This document shows, one piece after another, positions 50,142-60,264 of a stretch of DNA of 64,000 bases. Made by a program: the position numbers and the translations under genes. The DNA is taken from positions 32,001 to 96,000 of the forward strand of contig JBFESZ010000001.1 of assembly GCA_041548245.1 (NCBI GenBank), written 5' to 3'. Position 1 is the stretch's first letter. Each line of letters opens with the position of its first letter. The DNA comes from Sulfurimonadaceae bacterium (GTDB taxonomy: Bacteria > Campylobacterota > Campylobacteria > Campylobacterales > Sulfurimonadaceae). The notes below the pieces were generated by a model that saw only the letters and a list, made by a program, of their open reading frames with translations, was not told the DNA's origin and searched no databases.

Positions 50142-52191
50142 ACTGCTCTATCTACTTTTTTACAAACCAAGATTTTCCCAACTGCGGCAGGATGAGTATG
50201 AACGTTCCGACAAGTTCATGCTTAAGCTGATCGCTTTTCACTGGCTTCTTGTCGCTCTTGGTGGTATGTTTCTGTTCAATGAATACTATCTGGGAAACAT
50301 AGGCGGGGCCCTACTTTTTTTTATAAGCTGGTATGCCTATAAATATTATAAGGGTAGTCAGCTTTTTAGGAATCTTGTAGCCATCGTCCTGCTGACATTT
50401 TCTATTATCATGATCCAGCAGAGCTTTGGACGACTGGAGATGCACTTTCATATCTTTGTCGCCCTCTCCTTTCTCATCATTTATAGAGATATGAAAAACA
50501 TTACGGCAGGGGCTGTCTATATCATCATCCATCACCTCATCTTCAACTCTTTGCAAGAACATAATGTTCAGCTGCTTGATACACCTGTCATCGTGTTCAA
50601 CTATGGCTGCGGTCTTGATATCGTTCTACTTCATGCCTTCTTTGTTATCTTCGAATGGTTTGTCCTGTCTAAAATGGTCATACTTATGGAAGATCGTTTC
50701 ATGGAACTCATCCGAACAAGAGAGGCCCTTCAATCCGTCAATACAAACCTTGAAAGCCTAGTATCCATCCGTACACAAGAGCTCGAAGAAGCCAAGAGTG
50801 AAGCAGAAAAGGCCAACAAACTAAAATCAGAGTTTTTAGCCAATATGAGCCATGAGATCCGTACCCCGATGAACGCTATCATCGGTTTTACCGATCTTCT
50901 GGAGGAGAACGTAAAAGAGCCTACTAACATCAACTATGTCCAATCCGTTAAAAATAGTGGGAAGCTCCTTCTTACCATCATCAACGATATACTGGACCTC
51001 TCTAAAGTTGAAGCAGGTAAGATGCATATTGAACTGGCACCTACCAACCTGCAAGACATTGCAGACGAACTCTCTCCCATCTTTATGCTTAAAGCGCGTT
51101 CAAAAGGTCTTGATTTTAAAATCGAAACAGAAGACAATCTAAATGCTCCCCTTATGCTGGATGAAGTCCGTCTGCGACAGATTCTCTTCAATCTGATCAG
51201 CAATGCCATAAAGTTTACCCATGAAGGTCATGTATATGTGAACTTTAAAACCGTGGACCTTGAAACGCATACTGACCTTATCATCACCGTCGAAGATACC
51301 GGTATAGGTATCCCTGATGATCAGCAAGAGAGTATCTTCAGCGCCTTTATACAACAAAAAAACCAGATGACAAAAACTTACGGAGGAACCGGACTCGGCC
51401 TGGCAATCGTTAAACAGTTACTTGATCTCATGAATGGTCATATCAAGCTTGAAAGTGAGGTTAATAAAGGTTCAATCTTTACCATCACCCTTAAAAATAT
51501 TTCCAAATCGACTCACAAAAGAAAAGATTCGGTCAAACCAAATCAAGTGGTATTTGAACCTGCTACGATAGTGATTGCTGATGATATTGAACTGAATCGT
51601 ACACTGATTTGTGCTTATCTGGAAAAGATGCCCTTTAAGCTGTTAATAGCAACCAATGGTGAAGAGACCTTGAGACTTATCGAAGAGCACAGTGTTGACC
51701 TTGTTTTGACTGATATCAAGATGCCGATAATGGATGGTTACGAATCGACTAAGGTTATCAAATACAAATATCATATACCTGTCATTGCAATTACCGCTTC
51801 CGTTCTAATCAGCGAACAGAACAAGGAGAATGAGATCTTCGATCTACTGTTGGAAAAACCCTTATCCTCAGAGAAACTCATGCAGGCACTTTCTGAGTTC
51901 ATTAATCATACCACTGTCATTGATACACAATTTCCGGATGAAGAGATACAGATCAAGAGTATCGAACTGACTCCATACCTATCATCCTGTCCACAACTGG
52001 CCAATGCCCTTGTCAGTGCCAAAGAGGATGGCGATATGGATGCGATTGACACGTTTGCAAAAATGCTTGAAGAGTGTTCTCAAAACGAACAGATTAAAGA
52101 GTTTCATCTCATTGCCGAACAGCTCACCCATGCAATAGAGAGCTTTGATATAGAGACATGTCAAAACCTGCTTAGCAAGTTTAAACTATAG
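50134..52191 (+). CDS. Hybrid sensor histidine kinase (His-rich membrane domain - HisKA - HATPase - REC)
   Basis: About 6 TM with H36, H104/H106, H133/H134, H167; [37 protein letters not shown]. Confidence 0.92.
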   Translation: MNKLLYLLFYKPRFSQLRQDEYERSDKFMLKLIAFHWLLVALGGMFLFNEYYLGNIGGALLFFISWYAYKYYKGSQLFRNLVAIVLLTFSIIMIQQSFGRLEMHFHIFVALSFLIIYRDMKNITAGAVYIIIHHLIFNSLQEHNVQLLDTPVIVFNYGCGLDIVLLHAFFVIFEWFVLSKMVILMEDRFMELIRTREALQSVNTNLESLVSIRTQELEEAKSEAEKANKLKSEFLANMSHEIRTPMNAIIGFTDLLEENVKEPTNINYVQSVKNSGKLLLTIINDILDLSKVEAGKMHIELAPTNLQDIADELSPIFMLKARSKGLDFKIETEDNLNAPLMLDEVRLRQILFNLISNAIKFTHEGHVYVNFKTVDLETHTDLIITVEDTGIGIPDDQQESIFSAFIQQKNQMTKTYGGTGLGLAIVKQLLDLMNGHIKLESEVNKGSIFTITLKNISKSTHKRKDSVKPNQVVFEPATIVIADDIELNRTLICAYLEKMPFKLLIATNGEETLRLIEEHSVDLVLTDIKMPIMDGYESTKVIKYKYHIPVIAITASVLISEQNKENEIFDLLLEKPLSSEKLMQALSEFINHTTVIDTQFPDEEIQIKSIELTPYLSSCPQLANALVSAKEDGDMDAIDTFAKMLEECSQNEQIKEFHLIAEQLTHAIESFDIETCQNLLSKFKL

Positions 52192-52255
52192 GAAAATGAA
52201 CTAAAGTGATATCTTAATGATTTATCGCTATAATCATTTAAAAAAAGGATCTCAC

Positions 52256-52552
52256 ATCAAACTGTTTTTTCTATTCTTATTGAGTATAAGCCTGTATGCC
52301 GGAGACTATGAAAAAGGTTGGGATGCTATACGAAAAGGCGACTTCCAAACGGCATTAAACCTGTGGAAACCCTTAGCTGAACAGGGAAACGCTGATGCCC
52401 AAAGCAACCTGGCCTTGATTTATTGTAACGGTGATGGTCTTATGCCCGATTATAAAGAGTGTACCTACTGGGCCAAAAAAGCACGTGCTCAAGGCAAAGA
52501 TGTCTCTAAACTTTGGAATGACTTCCAGCTTTGGAAATACGATAACTTTTAA
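52256..52552 (+). CDS. Exported Sel1-repeat protein, apparent ATC start
   Basis: LAEQGNADAQSNLALIYCNGDG...WAKKARAQG. AAAGGA RBS 6 nt before ATC-AAA-CTG; signal peptide ending LYA-GD. Confidence 0.7.
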   Translation: MKLFFLFLLSISLYAGDYEKGWDAIRKGDFQTALNLWKPLAEQGNADAQSNLALIYCNGDGLMPDYKECTYWAKKARAQGKDVSKLWNDFQLWKYDNF

Positions 52553-52602
52553 GAAGAGACTTTACTCGGGGTGTATCCTTTAAAACACAAAGGTAAACGC
52601 TC

Positions 52603-53520
52603 CTATTCCACCTCGAACAAGACAAGTATGCATTTTTGAAGAAAGCTGCCATTATCATCACTGATCATTAAATAACTCTTTTTACCTACACGCGTCAATC
52701 CCTCAAAATTATCCAAGGTCCATCCATCTGAACTGTTTAACCTGGCCAAAATCTCTACTGGGCACAATGTTCCTTCACACTCCACTATAGGTACTTTTTT
52801 TAACCATATGGTACGCCCCAGACCAAAAAGACGAAACTCCCGCTCAAGCACTAAAAGACTTCCATCCGACATCGTCTCTATCGCAGTTATATCGGCATCA
52901 GCCTTGAACGAGCACCTTTTTTTATGGCTGAATAGTGTATGTTTGTTTTCATCCCCATGTTTCAGAGGTCGCTGTGGAGCAGTGATCATGCCAAATTCCG
53001 GATGCATGACAACAGATTCCAAAGCACTGTTCTTCCCCTGATAGTTATTGATATCGCGTAAAACAGATGGTATTTCAAAGTTTTTCAGTTTTACCCCATT
53101 AAGATCAAACATAGACACCTTTGGCTTTCTCTCAAAAGAGATGACTAAATGCCCATCAAGAAAATCCATCCCCTCCGCATCACGTTTACTCTTCGATAGC
53201 ACCTGAGCCTTTTTGTCCTTCAGACGAAATGCGTTTCTAAGCGACAACGTTTCTATTCTCTTATTAGCCAACACAAAGTAAAGTTCAAAGACATGCCCTT
53301 GATCGCTTAGTGCATAAAGCGAGCTTTTCCCATCAAAAGCGAGATCTGAGATACCCGTAAAATCAAGCCCATCGATACCCTCAAACGTAAGTACCCTGCT
53401 GTCAAGTATACTTATACCCCTGATATCGCCAAGAGTGGGTGACTTAGGTGCAAAGACAATCTCTTGCATCTGTGCATATAGGTTCAGACAGATAAGAACA
53501 AGTACGCCATAGACTCTGAT
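52603..53520 (-). CDS. Esterase-like activity of phytase family (beta-propeller) exported protein, apparent ATC start
   Basis: GISDL, ALSDQG, DAEG, LVLER, DNFEG, ISDDN. In-frame signal peptide from ATC 53520 with GGGAGG RBS. Confidence 0.8.
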   Translation of the reverse strand: MRVYGVLVLICLNLYAQMQEIVFAPKSPTLGDIRGISILDSRVLTFEGIDGLDFTGISDLAFDGKSSLYALSDQGHVFELYFVLANKRIETLSLRNAFRLKDKKAQVLSKSKRDAEGMDFLDGHLVISFERKPKVSMFDLNGVKLKNFEIPSVLRDINNYQGKNSALESVVMHPEFGMITAPQRPLKHGDENKHTLFSHKKRCSFKADADITAIETMSDGSLLVLEREFRLFGLGRTIWLKKVPIVECEGTLCPVEILARLNSSDGWTLDNFEGLTRVGKKSYLMISDDNGSFLQKCILVLFEVE

Positions 53521-53546
53521 CTCACACCTCCCGACCCAAAAGCTTT

Positions 53547-54050
53547 TTATAATCCGTTTTGAAAGTTCATCTTCTGAGCGATAATCTCTTCATTATCCAC
53601 ATAGCGCATACACCCCTTACCATCCAATTCAAGACATATCTTCTGCCAAAGATCACTATGCCCATCTTTTGAGTCATTGGCTTTTAGAAGGAAGACCAGA
53701 GCATGGGCATATTCATGAGGGATCACCTCATCGATCATATACTTACTACTCTCTTGAAAACGCTTTTTATTAAGATAGATACTTATCTTTCCCTCTTCAT
53801 ATCGTGTCAATCCATACAATCGGCTGCTAAACTTGTCCGATATGACTAACGGAATCTGCGCCTCTATCGCATATTTTTCACGAATCAGGGAGAGCACTTC
53901 GTTTTGCCTCTGTATGATGGCTTTTTGGACACTCTCTGGAAGGGGATTGTTTTTAAAGTGATTGACTTGATACCAGTTAAATACGAGATAGCCTAAGGCA
54001 AGGAAAACAGCCAGAACAAAAATCACCTCCAGCCTTTTAACGAAACTCAC
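53547..54050 (-). CDS. SprT-like zinc metalloprotease with N-terminal anchor
   Basis: PHEYAH...GH...W motif. Confidence 0.8.
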   Translation of the reverse strand: MSFVKRLEVIFVLAVFLALGYLVFNWYQVNHFKNNPLPESVQKAIIQRQNEVLSLIREKYAIEAQIPLVISDKFSSRLYGLTRYEEGKISIYLNKKRFQESSKYMIDEVIPHEYAHALVFLLKANDSKDGHSDLWQKICLELDGKGCMRYVDNEEIIAQKMNFQNGL

Positions 54051-54052
54051 CG

Positions 54053-54421
54053 CTATGCCCAGTCCTTGAACTTGTCATCTCGATGCTTGTCTTTTTTATA
54101 ACGTCTATTCTTACTGCTTTGTTCAAGTTTGTTTGCACTATGCAGTATCTCTTTTGCGATTTCATCAATACTCAGATCACTCGCGGCCATGCTCTTCATT
54201 TTTTTGACCAAAGTCTCTAACTCTGTCAATTCGCTTTTATACAGGGCTACAGGCTCTGTTCGGTCTAAATACTTTGAGTTGTTCTCAATCCGTTTGATAT
54301 ATTGTTCTTTGGTAGGTTCTTCACTTTTGGACAGATATGAAATAATACTGTTAAAAAAACGTTCCAGTAAACGGACGTAACGTAAACGTTGAGCATTTTC
54401 TATCTTTTTATCCGATGCCAT
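54053..54421 (-). CDS. Hypothetical protein
   Basis: 122-aa ORF ending RRYKKDKH; in line with the downstream sprT-like gene. Confidence 0.7.
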   Translation of the reverse strand: MASDKKIENAQRLRYVRLLERFFNSIISYLSKSEEPTKEQYIKRIENNSKYLDRTEPVALYKSELTELETLVKKMKSMAASDLSIDEIAKEILHSANKLEQSSKNRRYKKDKHRDDKFKDWA

Positions 54422-54489
54422 GCTTTAACTACTTTTTTGTATAATTCTATCGTAATAAAATTTTAGACTCTCTGTCACATGGAATTAAA

Positions 54490-54891
54490 ATGAACAAAAT
54501 CGTATTTAACCTTCTTCTATTTATCAGTACCGCTTTTGCCGAAGTAATCAACCAATATCCCACTCAGAATCTTGTTGATTCAGATGTAAAGATCATAGAC
54601 ATTCGTACACTGGGCGAATGGAGAGAAACAGGCGTTTTAAAAGGAGCGATTCCTTTGACCTTCTTTGACATCTTTGGTAACTACAATATTCCCGTATTTA
54701 TGGCAAAACTTCGTTCCCATGTAAAAGAGGGGGAGAAGTTTGCGATCATCTGTCATGTCGGAAGTCGTACCGCCATGCTTGCTGAATACCTTGACAAGGA
54801 GCAGCACATGCGAGTCATCAACCTGCTTGGCGGAATGGATTATGCCGCAAAAAAAGGGCTGAGTATTGTCCCTTATACAGAAAATAAGTGA
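54490..54891 (+). CDS. Exported rhodanese-like domain protein
   Basis: Signal peptide, IIDIRT..EW..TG...GA, active-site loop CHVGSRT, NLLGG. Confidence 0.88.
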   Translation: MNKIVFNLLLFISTAFAEVINQYPTQNLVDSDVKIIDIRTLGEWRETGVLKGAIPLTFFDIFGNYNIPVFMAKLRSHVKEGEKFAIICHVGSRTAMLAEYLDKEQHMRVINLLGGMDYAAKKGLSIVPYTENK

Positions 54892-55018
54892 AAAAAAGAG
54901 TTCTGACTATCTTACATGTCCTCTTCGCCATTGCGACAAGACTCCTTCTTGTCTCTTCGCTGATAGCACTTTTTTCATACAGTTTGTATCTTATTTTAGA
55001 CCTGATATTGAATTAAGC

Positions 55019-55273
55019 TTATTCACTTATCTCAACGCCTTTGTCTTTTGCGATCTCATTTAACAGTCCACCCATCTTCTTCGCAGCATCTATCATCTCA
55101 TCGTCACTATGCTCCTGCAGTATCATTCTGGCAATCTCCGGTAGGACTTTGAGGTAAACCTCTTTGGCATCTTCATAGCTGAGTTTTCCCTCTTGAATAT
55201 TCCCTGCTGTCGAATGCAGTACCATTGCCAGACCCAGAAAAAGTTCTTGACTATTAAGTTCTATGCTTTCCAT
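55019..55273 (-). CDS. Hypothetical protein
   Basis: AAAGGAAA RBS; 84-aa ORF. Confidence 0.6.
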   Translation of the reverse strand: MESIELNSQELFLGLAMVLHSTAGNIQEGKLSYEDAKEVYLKVLPEIARMILQEHSDDEMIDAAKKMGGLLNEIAKDKGVEISE

Positions 55274-55327
55274 ATCTTTCCTTTAGGAACTAAGTTTGCT
55301 TGGCATTATACTAAAAAGGAGAGTCCA

Positions 55328-56578
55328 TTGAAGCGTATAGATGAGTTACCCTTAAAAATTAAGCTCTATATCCTTCTTGGCCTTCTTATTATGGGTCTTT
55401 GCGTTATCGGTGCCATAGGCTATCTTAACCTGCACAAGATGAAAAAGAATATGGACTCGCTCTACTTTGGAAGCTATATTCCCGTGACAGAACTCAGCCG
55501 TATACAAAACATCTATAACAGAGATATCAGCTTTGTCTTCCATCAACTTAAAAACAGTGCCATCCTTCCTCTTGAAGTAGCTGAAAGGATCTCATTAAGC
55601 CGAAAAGAGATCTTGGAAACCTGGTCTTCATATAAATCGCATTTCAAACGTAATGATGAACTTGAGTATGTCAAATACGCGGACCAGGAACTACGTCACT
55701 CCAGTAACTATCTCAGACGTTTAAGTATTGCCATTTCTGAACTCGATACGCAAGGCCTCTCTCGACTCTCTAGCGATATCCTCACAAAAAACGTAACGCA
55801 TATGGATGAAGTCATTAACAAAATCATCTCCTATGAAAAAGAGATTGCACAGTATGAACGCAAGAACTTTTTGAATACCTATGATGAGACGATTTATCAA
55901 TTGATCGCTATATTGATCATCATCATAACAGCCGCAGTCATGATTATCGCCCCGATCTTTCAAAGTATTCAAAACAACGAACTCTCTTTAATCAACACGT
56001 CTAAAAAACTTCAGGTGGCCAATAAGAAACTGGAGACGGCTTCCATAACAGACCCGCTGACAGAGCTTTACAATCGACGCTATTTCAATCTTGTCTATAA
56101 CCGGGAACTCACACGCTGTATCCGTGAAAACCAAAGTATGGCTTTTATGATGCTCGATATTGACTACTTTAAAGGATACAATGACTTCTACGGTCACCTG
56201 CAAGGTGATGCTACCCTCAAAGCAGTTGCCAAGGTAATGAAAAGCGCACTTCAACGACCTGGAGACTATCTTTTTCGTCTGGGGGGCGAGGAGTTCGGAA
56301 TATTGATCTCCAATATTACGGAAGAGAATGCCTACCACATGGCTGAAAAAATTCGCCAAAGTATCTACAGGCTACAGATCGAACACAAAAAAAGCAAGAC
56401 ATCCGATTATCTATCAACATCCATTGGTGTAGTCGTACTACGGCCCGATAAGAAAATCGATCCGGAAAGTATCATCAGCCGTGCAGATGACAACCTTTAT
56501 GCAGCCAAGGAGGAGGGAAGAAACCGGGTTATCCAAACATGCCTGCAAAACTGTGAAGAGCTTAGCCAGTCTGCCTGA
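55328..56578 (+). CDS. Membrane diguanylate cyclase with periplasmic four-helix-bundle sensor
   Basis: TTG 55328 with AAAGGAG RBS; two TMs; TDPLT, DIDYFK..ND..GH..GD, I-site RPGD, GGEEF. Confidence 0.92.
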   Translation: MKRIDELPLKIKLYILLGLLIMGLCVIGAIGYLNLHKMKKNMDSLYFGSYIPVTELSRIQNIYNRDISFVFHQLKNSAILPLEVAERISLSRKEILETWSSYKSHFKRNDELEYVKYADQELRHSSNYLRRLSIAISELDTQGLSRLSSDILTKNVTHMDEVINKIISYEKEIAQYERKNFLNTYDETIYQLIAILIIIITAAVMIIAPIFQSIQNNELSLINTSKKLQVANKKLETASITDPLTELYNRRYFNLVYNRELTRCIRENQSMAFMMLDIDYFKGYNDFYGHLQGDATLKAVAKVMKSALQRPGDYLFRLGGEEFGILISNITEENAYHMAEKIRQSIYRLQIEHKKSKTSDYLSTSIGVVVLRPDKKIDPESIISRADDNLYAAKEEGRNRVIQTCLQNCEELSQSA

Positions 56579-56914
56579 TCACTTCTTGAAGCGAAACCCC
56601 TCTTTTTCAAACAATTCACGCAGACGATCCTTGCAATCACCTTGAAACTCCATAAACTCATCTTTGAGACTGCCGCCACTTCCCAAAGACTTCTTTATCT
56701 TTTTCAACAAAGCACTGCTCTCCTCTTTTTTCAGACAGATCGGACCAATAAGTGTCACCGGCTTTCCGCGACGCTTTTCAAACTTGAAAACCAGTTGATG
56801 CTTGGCAGGTTCAAGCAGCACTTTTCTTGATAGTGCTTTTTTCTCTTCGACAACACTCCATTCGTCTTCAAAGTTTGCACCAATATTCAAATCAAGTTTT
56901 TTCCCCTTAGCCAT
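56579..56914 (-). CDS. SUI1/YciH translation initiation factor family protein
   Basis: EKRRGKPVT, KKSLGSGGS.K, EFQGD. Start moved to ATG 56914. Confidence 0.88.
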   Translation of the reverse strand: MAKGKKLDLNIGANFEDEWSVVEEKKALSRKVLLEPAKHQLVFKFEKRRGKPVTLIGPICLKKEESSALLKKIKKSLGSGGSLKDEFMEFQGDCKDRLRELFEKEGFRFKK

Positions 56915-57122
56915 CCAACTCTCCAATGTATTTAAAACGCTTAACCTTTTTCCCTTCAAACACGACATCCTCTGTAAACATGCCCAAAGGTCGAACCCAT
57001 AATGAGAAATCTCCGTAAAGTGTCCTATAGATGACCATTTCCTCTTCTGTCTCACTGTGGCGGGCCAGACCTACCACCTCATATAAGGGACCTTTATAAT
57101 GCTGATACTTTCCTGTTTTCAA
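56907..57122 (-). CDS. DUF1653 family protein
   Basis: GKYQHYKG..Y.V...A.HSET.E.MV.Y..LYG...WVRP..MF...RF. Confidence 0.9.
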   Translation of the reverse strand: MKTGKYQHYKGPLYEVVGLARHSETEEEMVIYRTLYGDFSLWVRPLGMFTEDVVFEGKKVKRFKYIGELDG

Positions 57123-57124
57123 GA

Positions 57125-59329
57125 CTAGAACAACCTCTTTAATGGATTAACTGATGTCGATTTAAAATCAAGATTTATCCCATCCAAGGCACCTTGCTTG
57201 GAGTTCAAAACAGAACCGATATCACCAAAGTCTGCACTTATGCCTTCACTGGAGCTTCCTATATTTTTCATCACCCCGGATCTGAGATCCTGCTCAAACT
57301 CTCTTGCTTTTTCAGTTGCCATTGTCTTCAACCCTGCAGACAGCTGTCTGTCCAAGTCACTTGAAACTTCAACTGAGGGTTCTTCTAAAGCTCCGTGCAC
57401 CTTAATCTCCATATTAAACTGTGTAATGCCTTCTAAAAGATCATTTACCAGCTTTTGTGAAGGCATCTGTAGACTTGCTTGCTTTACTTTGACATGACTT
57501 AGAGCACTCAAAGTCTTATCGATCATCTCACCCTTGAGTGTCGCATCTGTGAGTATATCATTCATCGTTAATGTCTGTATATTTATCTGCGCCTTTTTAA
57601 ATTCTGTCACTTTGACATCAAAACTTGTTTTCGCTTTATCCTCGCGTCTGTCATCAACAAGGTTTACTACGATCTGTCGGTATTGAGTCCCCTTGGCATC
57701 CGCCTTCATAAGCATAGGTTTTTTGTACAGTTTTTGATTGCTTGAGAAATCTTTCATATTGACCTGCAACTCATCTTTCTCAAGCACTACATTGATATCA
57801 GCCTTCTTGATTACAAGTTCAGGTATATTTGAAAGATTTGCATACTTGATCCAACGCCCCTCTCCTCGTGGAGGGTTTACCTCTTTTACTTCATCCGCAT
57901 TGGTATCATCTAAATATGGCTTTAGTATCTCATAATAATAAAGCGCTTTTTTCAAATAAAGACCGATTTCATTATTGAACAGAGTACCTATGAGGTTTGC
58001 TCCACCGGAAGTATTGAATGCATACTTCTGTTTCAAACGTTGTATATCCTCAGCAGGCAAATCCTGGAGTTCATTGATACGCTTGTTTATACTTTTTTGA
58101 TCGGCATCAAACTCTTTTTGCAAGTCTGCATATTTGCCCTTAAGTTTTTCAAGCTTTGTTTTCAGCCTGTCAATATCCTTTTTTGCCATAAGGGCCGTTT
58201 GTACATCTGCCTCTTTAAGACTCTTTTGCAAAGCCAGAGCATCTGCTTTGATCTCCTCCACATCATTGGAAGATCTCAGTTCGGCTGACATCTTTTCCCA
58301 TTTTTCTTGTGTTGCTTTAATGTCTTTGCGCAGTGCTTTAGGCTCTTCTATAGACTTCAGACTCTCTTTTGCCAAGATATCATCCACACTTGGAAAGGCA
58401 AATGGTACTGTAAAAAAGCCCGTTTTTGTATCAGCTTCTTCCGCACTCTTAGGTGCTTCATGTCCAGCTGAAGTTCCATAAGGTTCTGCAGGAGTCTGGC
58501 GTAAGACGCCAAATGCTAGAGCATTCACACCGAGTTCTTCGATCATCACTTTCTTTTCCACTAATGCAGCGAAAGCAAGATCAAATCCGATCGATCCTAT
58601 CTGTACAAGATTGTGTGTCAATTGATCTTTATCGGCAACCTCTACACCTGAAATCTTCACTTTTAAATCACTTAGATCTGAGTGGAGGTCATCGATACTG
58701 ACTTCACTTTGCAAAGTGTATGAGAGAGATTTTTCCAAAGCCATCTTTGCGAGCGGATCAAAAAGAAAGACCATAAAGAGCATGACAAGTGCAACCAATC
58801 CGCCAAACACTCCAAGACCCCACCAACGGAAAACTGAACTGGAAATCGCTTCTTCGTTGAACAGTTTCATCCATCTCGTCACCTTCCATTCGTTCAGTCG
58901 CTGTCCCAATTGGACACGGTATAGCCTGATAAACTTGTTGAGTATAAAGTACATCGGCAAAGACAAAACAACAGAGACAAGCAGCGATCCTGTAACAAGC
59001 GTGTAATTAAATGCACTCCATCGAAAGATTGCAGAGTTATATAAAGTAGTAAAGAAGCCGTTCAAGCTCTCATGTGTCAGTACTGCATAACCTATGGATT
59101 CAAAAATCGGGTCAAACAGATACCCGATTCCTCCAAAGATCACAGAAAAAAGAAGAAAAAGACCAAAGTTCACATTCAATACAAGTGCTAAAAAGAGAAG
59201 AGCGAAAAGAATAAGAGAACTACTTGGCAGAAAACCTGCAAACATAGCCAGTATAACAGCTATACTGAGCTGCCAGGACTTACCTGAAGAGTTGAGTGCT
59301 TTAAAGAGTTTACGTGCGAAATTAAACAT
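57125..59329 (-). CDS. Fused TIGR03546-like membrane domain and TIGR03545-like (AsmA-related) protein
   Basis: N-terminal KALNS...FNYTLVTGS membrane module, then TM, coiled coil, PPRGEGRWI and C-terminal SSDLD. Confidence 0.7.
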   Translation of the reverse strand: MFNFARKLFKALNSSGKSWQLSIAVILAMFAGFLPSSSLILFALLFLALVLNVNFGLFLLFSVIFGGIGYLFDPIFESIGYAVLTHESLNGFFTTLYNSAIFRWSAFNYTLVTGSLLVSVVLSLPMYFILNKFIRLYRVQLGQRLNEWKVTRWMKLFNEEAISSSVFRWWGLGVFGGLVALVMLFMVFLFDPLAKMALEKSLSYTLQSEVSIDDLHSDLSDLKVKISGVEVADKDQLTHNLVQIGSIGFDLAFAALVEKKVMIEELGVNALAFGVLRQTPAEPYGTSAGHEAPKSAEEADTKTGFFTVPFAFPSVDDILAKESLKSIEEPKALRKDIKATQEKWEKMSAELRSSNDVEEIKADALALQKSLKEADVQTALMAKKDIDRLKTKLEKLKGKYADLQKEFDADQKSINKRINELQDLPAEDIQRLKQKYAFNTSGGANLIGTLFNNEIGLYLKKALYYYEILKPYLDDTNADEVKEVNPPRGEGRWIKYANLSNIPELVIKKADINVVLEKDELQVNMKDFSSNQKLYKKPMLMKADAKGTQYRQIVVNLVDDRREDKAKTSFDVKVTEFKKAQINIQTLTMNDILTDATLKGEMIDKTLSALSHVKVKQASLQMPSQKLVNDLLEGITQFNMEIKVHGALEEPSVEVSSDLDRQLSAGLKTMATEKAREFEQDLRSGVMKNIGSSSEGISADFGDIGSVLNSKQGALDGINLDFKSTSVNPLKRLF

Positions 59330-59439
59330 CGTTTTCCTTTACTGATAAAGTGCTTTATTCTACACTACGTTCACTAAAAGGTATGTTTAACCATTGAGAC
59401 TAATTGGAGAAAATCAACCAGGGTTTTACCCCAAAGGCC

Positions 59440-60264
59440 TTAGACCACTCTTTGGTGAAGGTAAGCAATTCCCTCTTCATCCAGCTTATCGGCTACGACT
59501 TTGCAAAGAATAGGGTTTTTACAATGCAATCTGTTGTCATACAACACGACATATATCTCATCGCCCTCTTGCAGGAAAGTTCTTTCCCCGTAACTGGTAT
59601 AACGTGTTGCACCTATGCTTATTAGCATCTGTGCAGGATAGTTACATGCTTTTATATATTCTGATATATTTTCTAAAGGGCCACCATCTTCCTGGTTATT
59701 TAGCTTCTCTAGCATCCATTCAAGTAGTTGGCCATAAAAATAGCTGTACCCTGATATCTCGACATCTTCACCATATCTGAAGACATCGCCGTTACGGCGT
59801 ATAAAAGAAGAAATACGCCAGTTATCAAGCATTCCCCCCTTTTCAAACTTGTCCAAAGGAATAAGATTCTCACCGATGCCCTTCGTATCACTGCCCCAAT
59901 TCTTCTTTTCAGAGATCTTTGAGGCACCTTTTTTACGGATAGAACAGTCGTTATAAGGACCAAAAGCAATCGGCTTGATTGAAGAAACTTTGCCTTCTTT
60001 GTATTCCAGGTCACACAAAAGTGCGACTTCGGGCTCCGCTTGGATATTTTCTTGAACACCATGAAGAGCCTGCTTTGAAGAAGAGAGAGGATATTCAGAC
60101 AATATGCCCATGTTCGCGCCAGGAAGATAAAAAGGGAAAATCCCCTTAGGGGCATTCTCCTCATCTACCTGAATATTTACGAAATCTTCATCCTCACCTG
60201 CTTGCTGCAGATGCAGGGCGAAATTCCCCGCAATTCCTAAACCGATGATATCTTTATAGTCCAT
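59440..60264 (-). CDS. DUF5718-like conserved protein
   Basis: GIAGNFALHL.QAGE, APKGIFP, NDCSIR, KISEKKNWG, ISIGATRY. Confidence 0.7.
   Translation of the reverse strand: MDYKDIIGLGIAGNFALHLQQAGEDEDFVNIQVDEENAPKGIFPFYLPGANMGILSEYPLSSSKQALHGVQENIQAEPEVALLCDLEYKEGKVSSIKPIAFGPYNDCSIRKKGASKISEKKNWGSDTKGIGENLIPLDKFEKGGMLDNWRISSFIRRNGDVFRYGEDVEISGYSYFYGQLLEWMLEKLNNQEDGGPLENISEYIKACNYPAQMLISIGATRYTSYGERTFLQEGDEIYVVLYDNRLHCKNPILCKVVADKLDEEGIAYLHQRVV

Noticed and set aside
47413-52600. Genomic island integrated at tRNA-Glu
   Set aside because: The region looks accessory and is AT-rich at its left end, but I found no integrase and no duplicated tRNA 3' end (att site) by eye.
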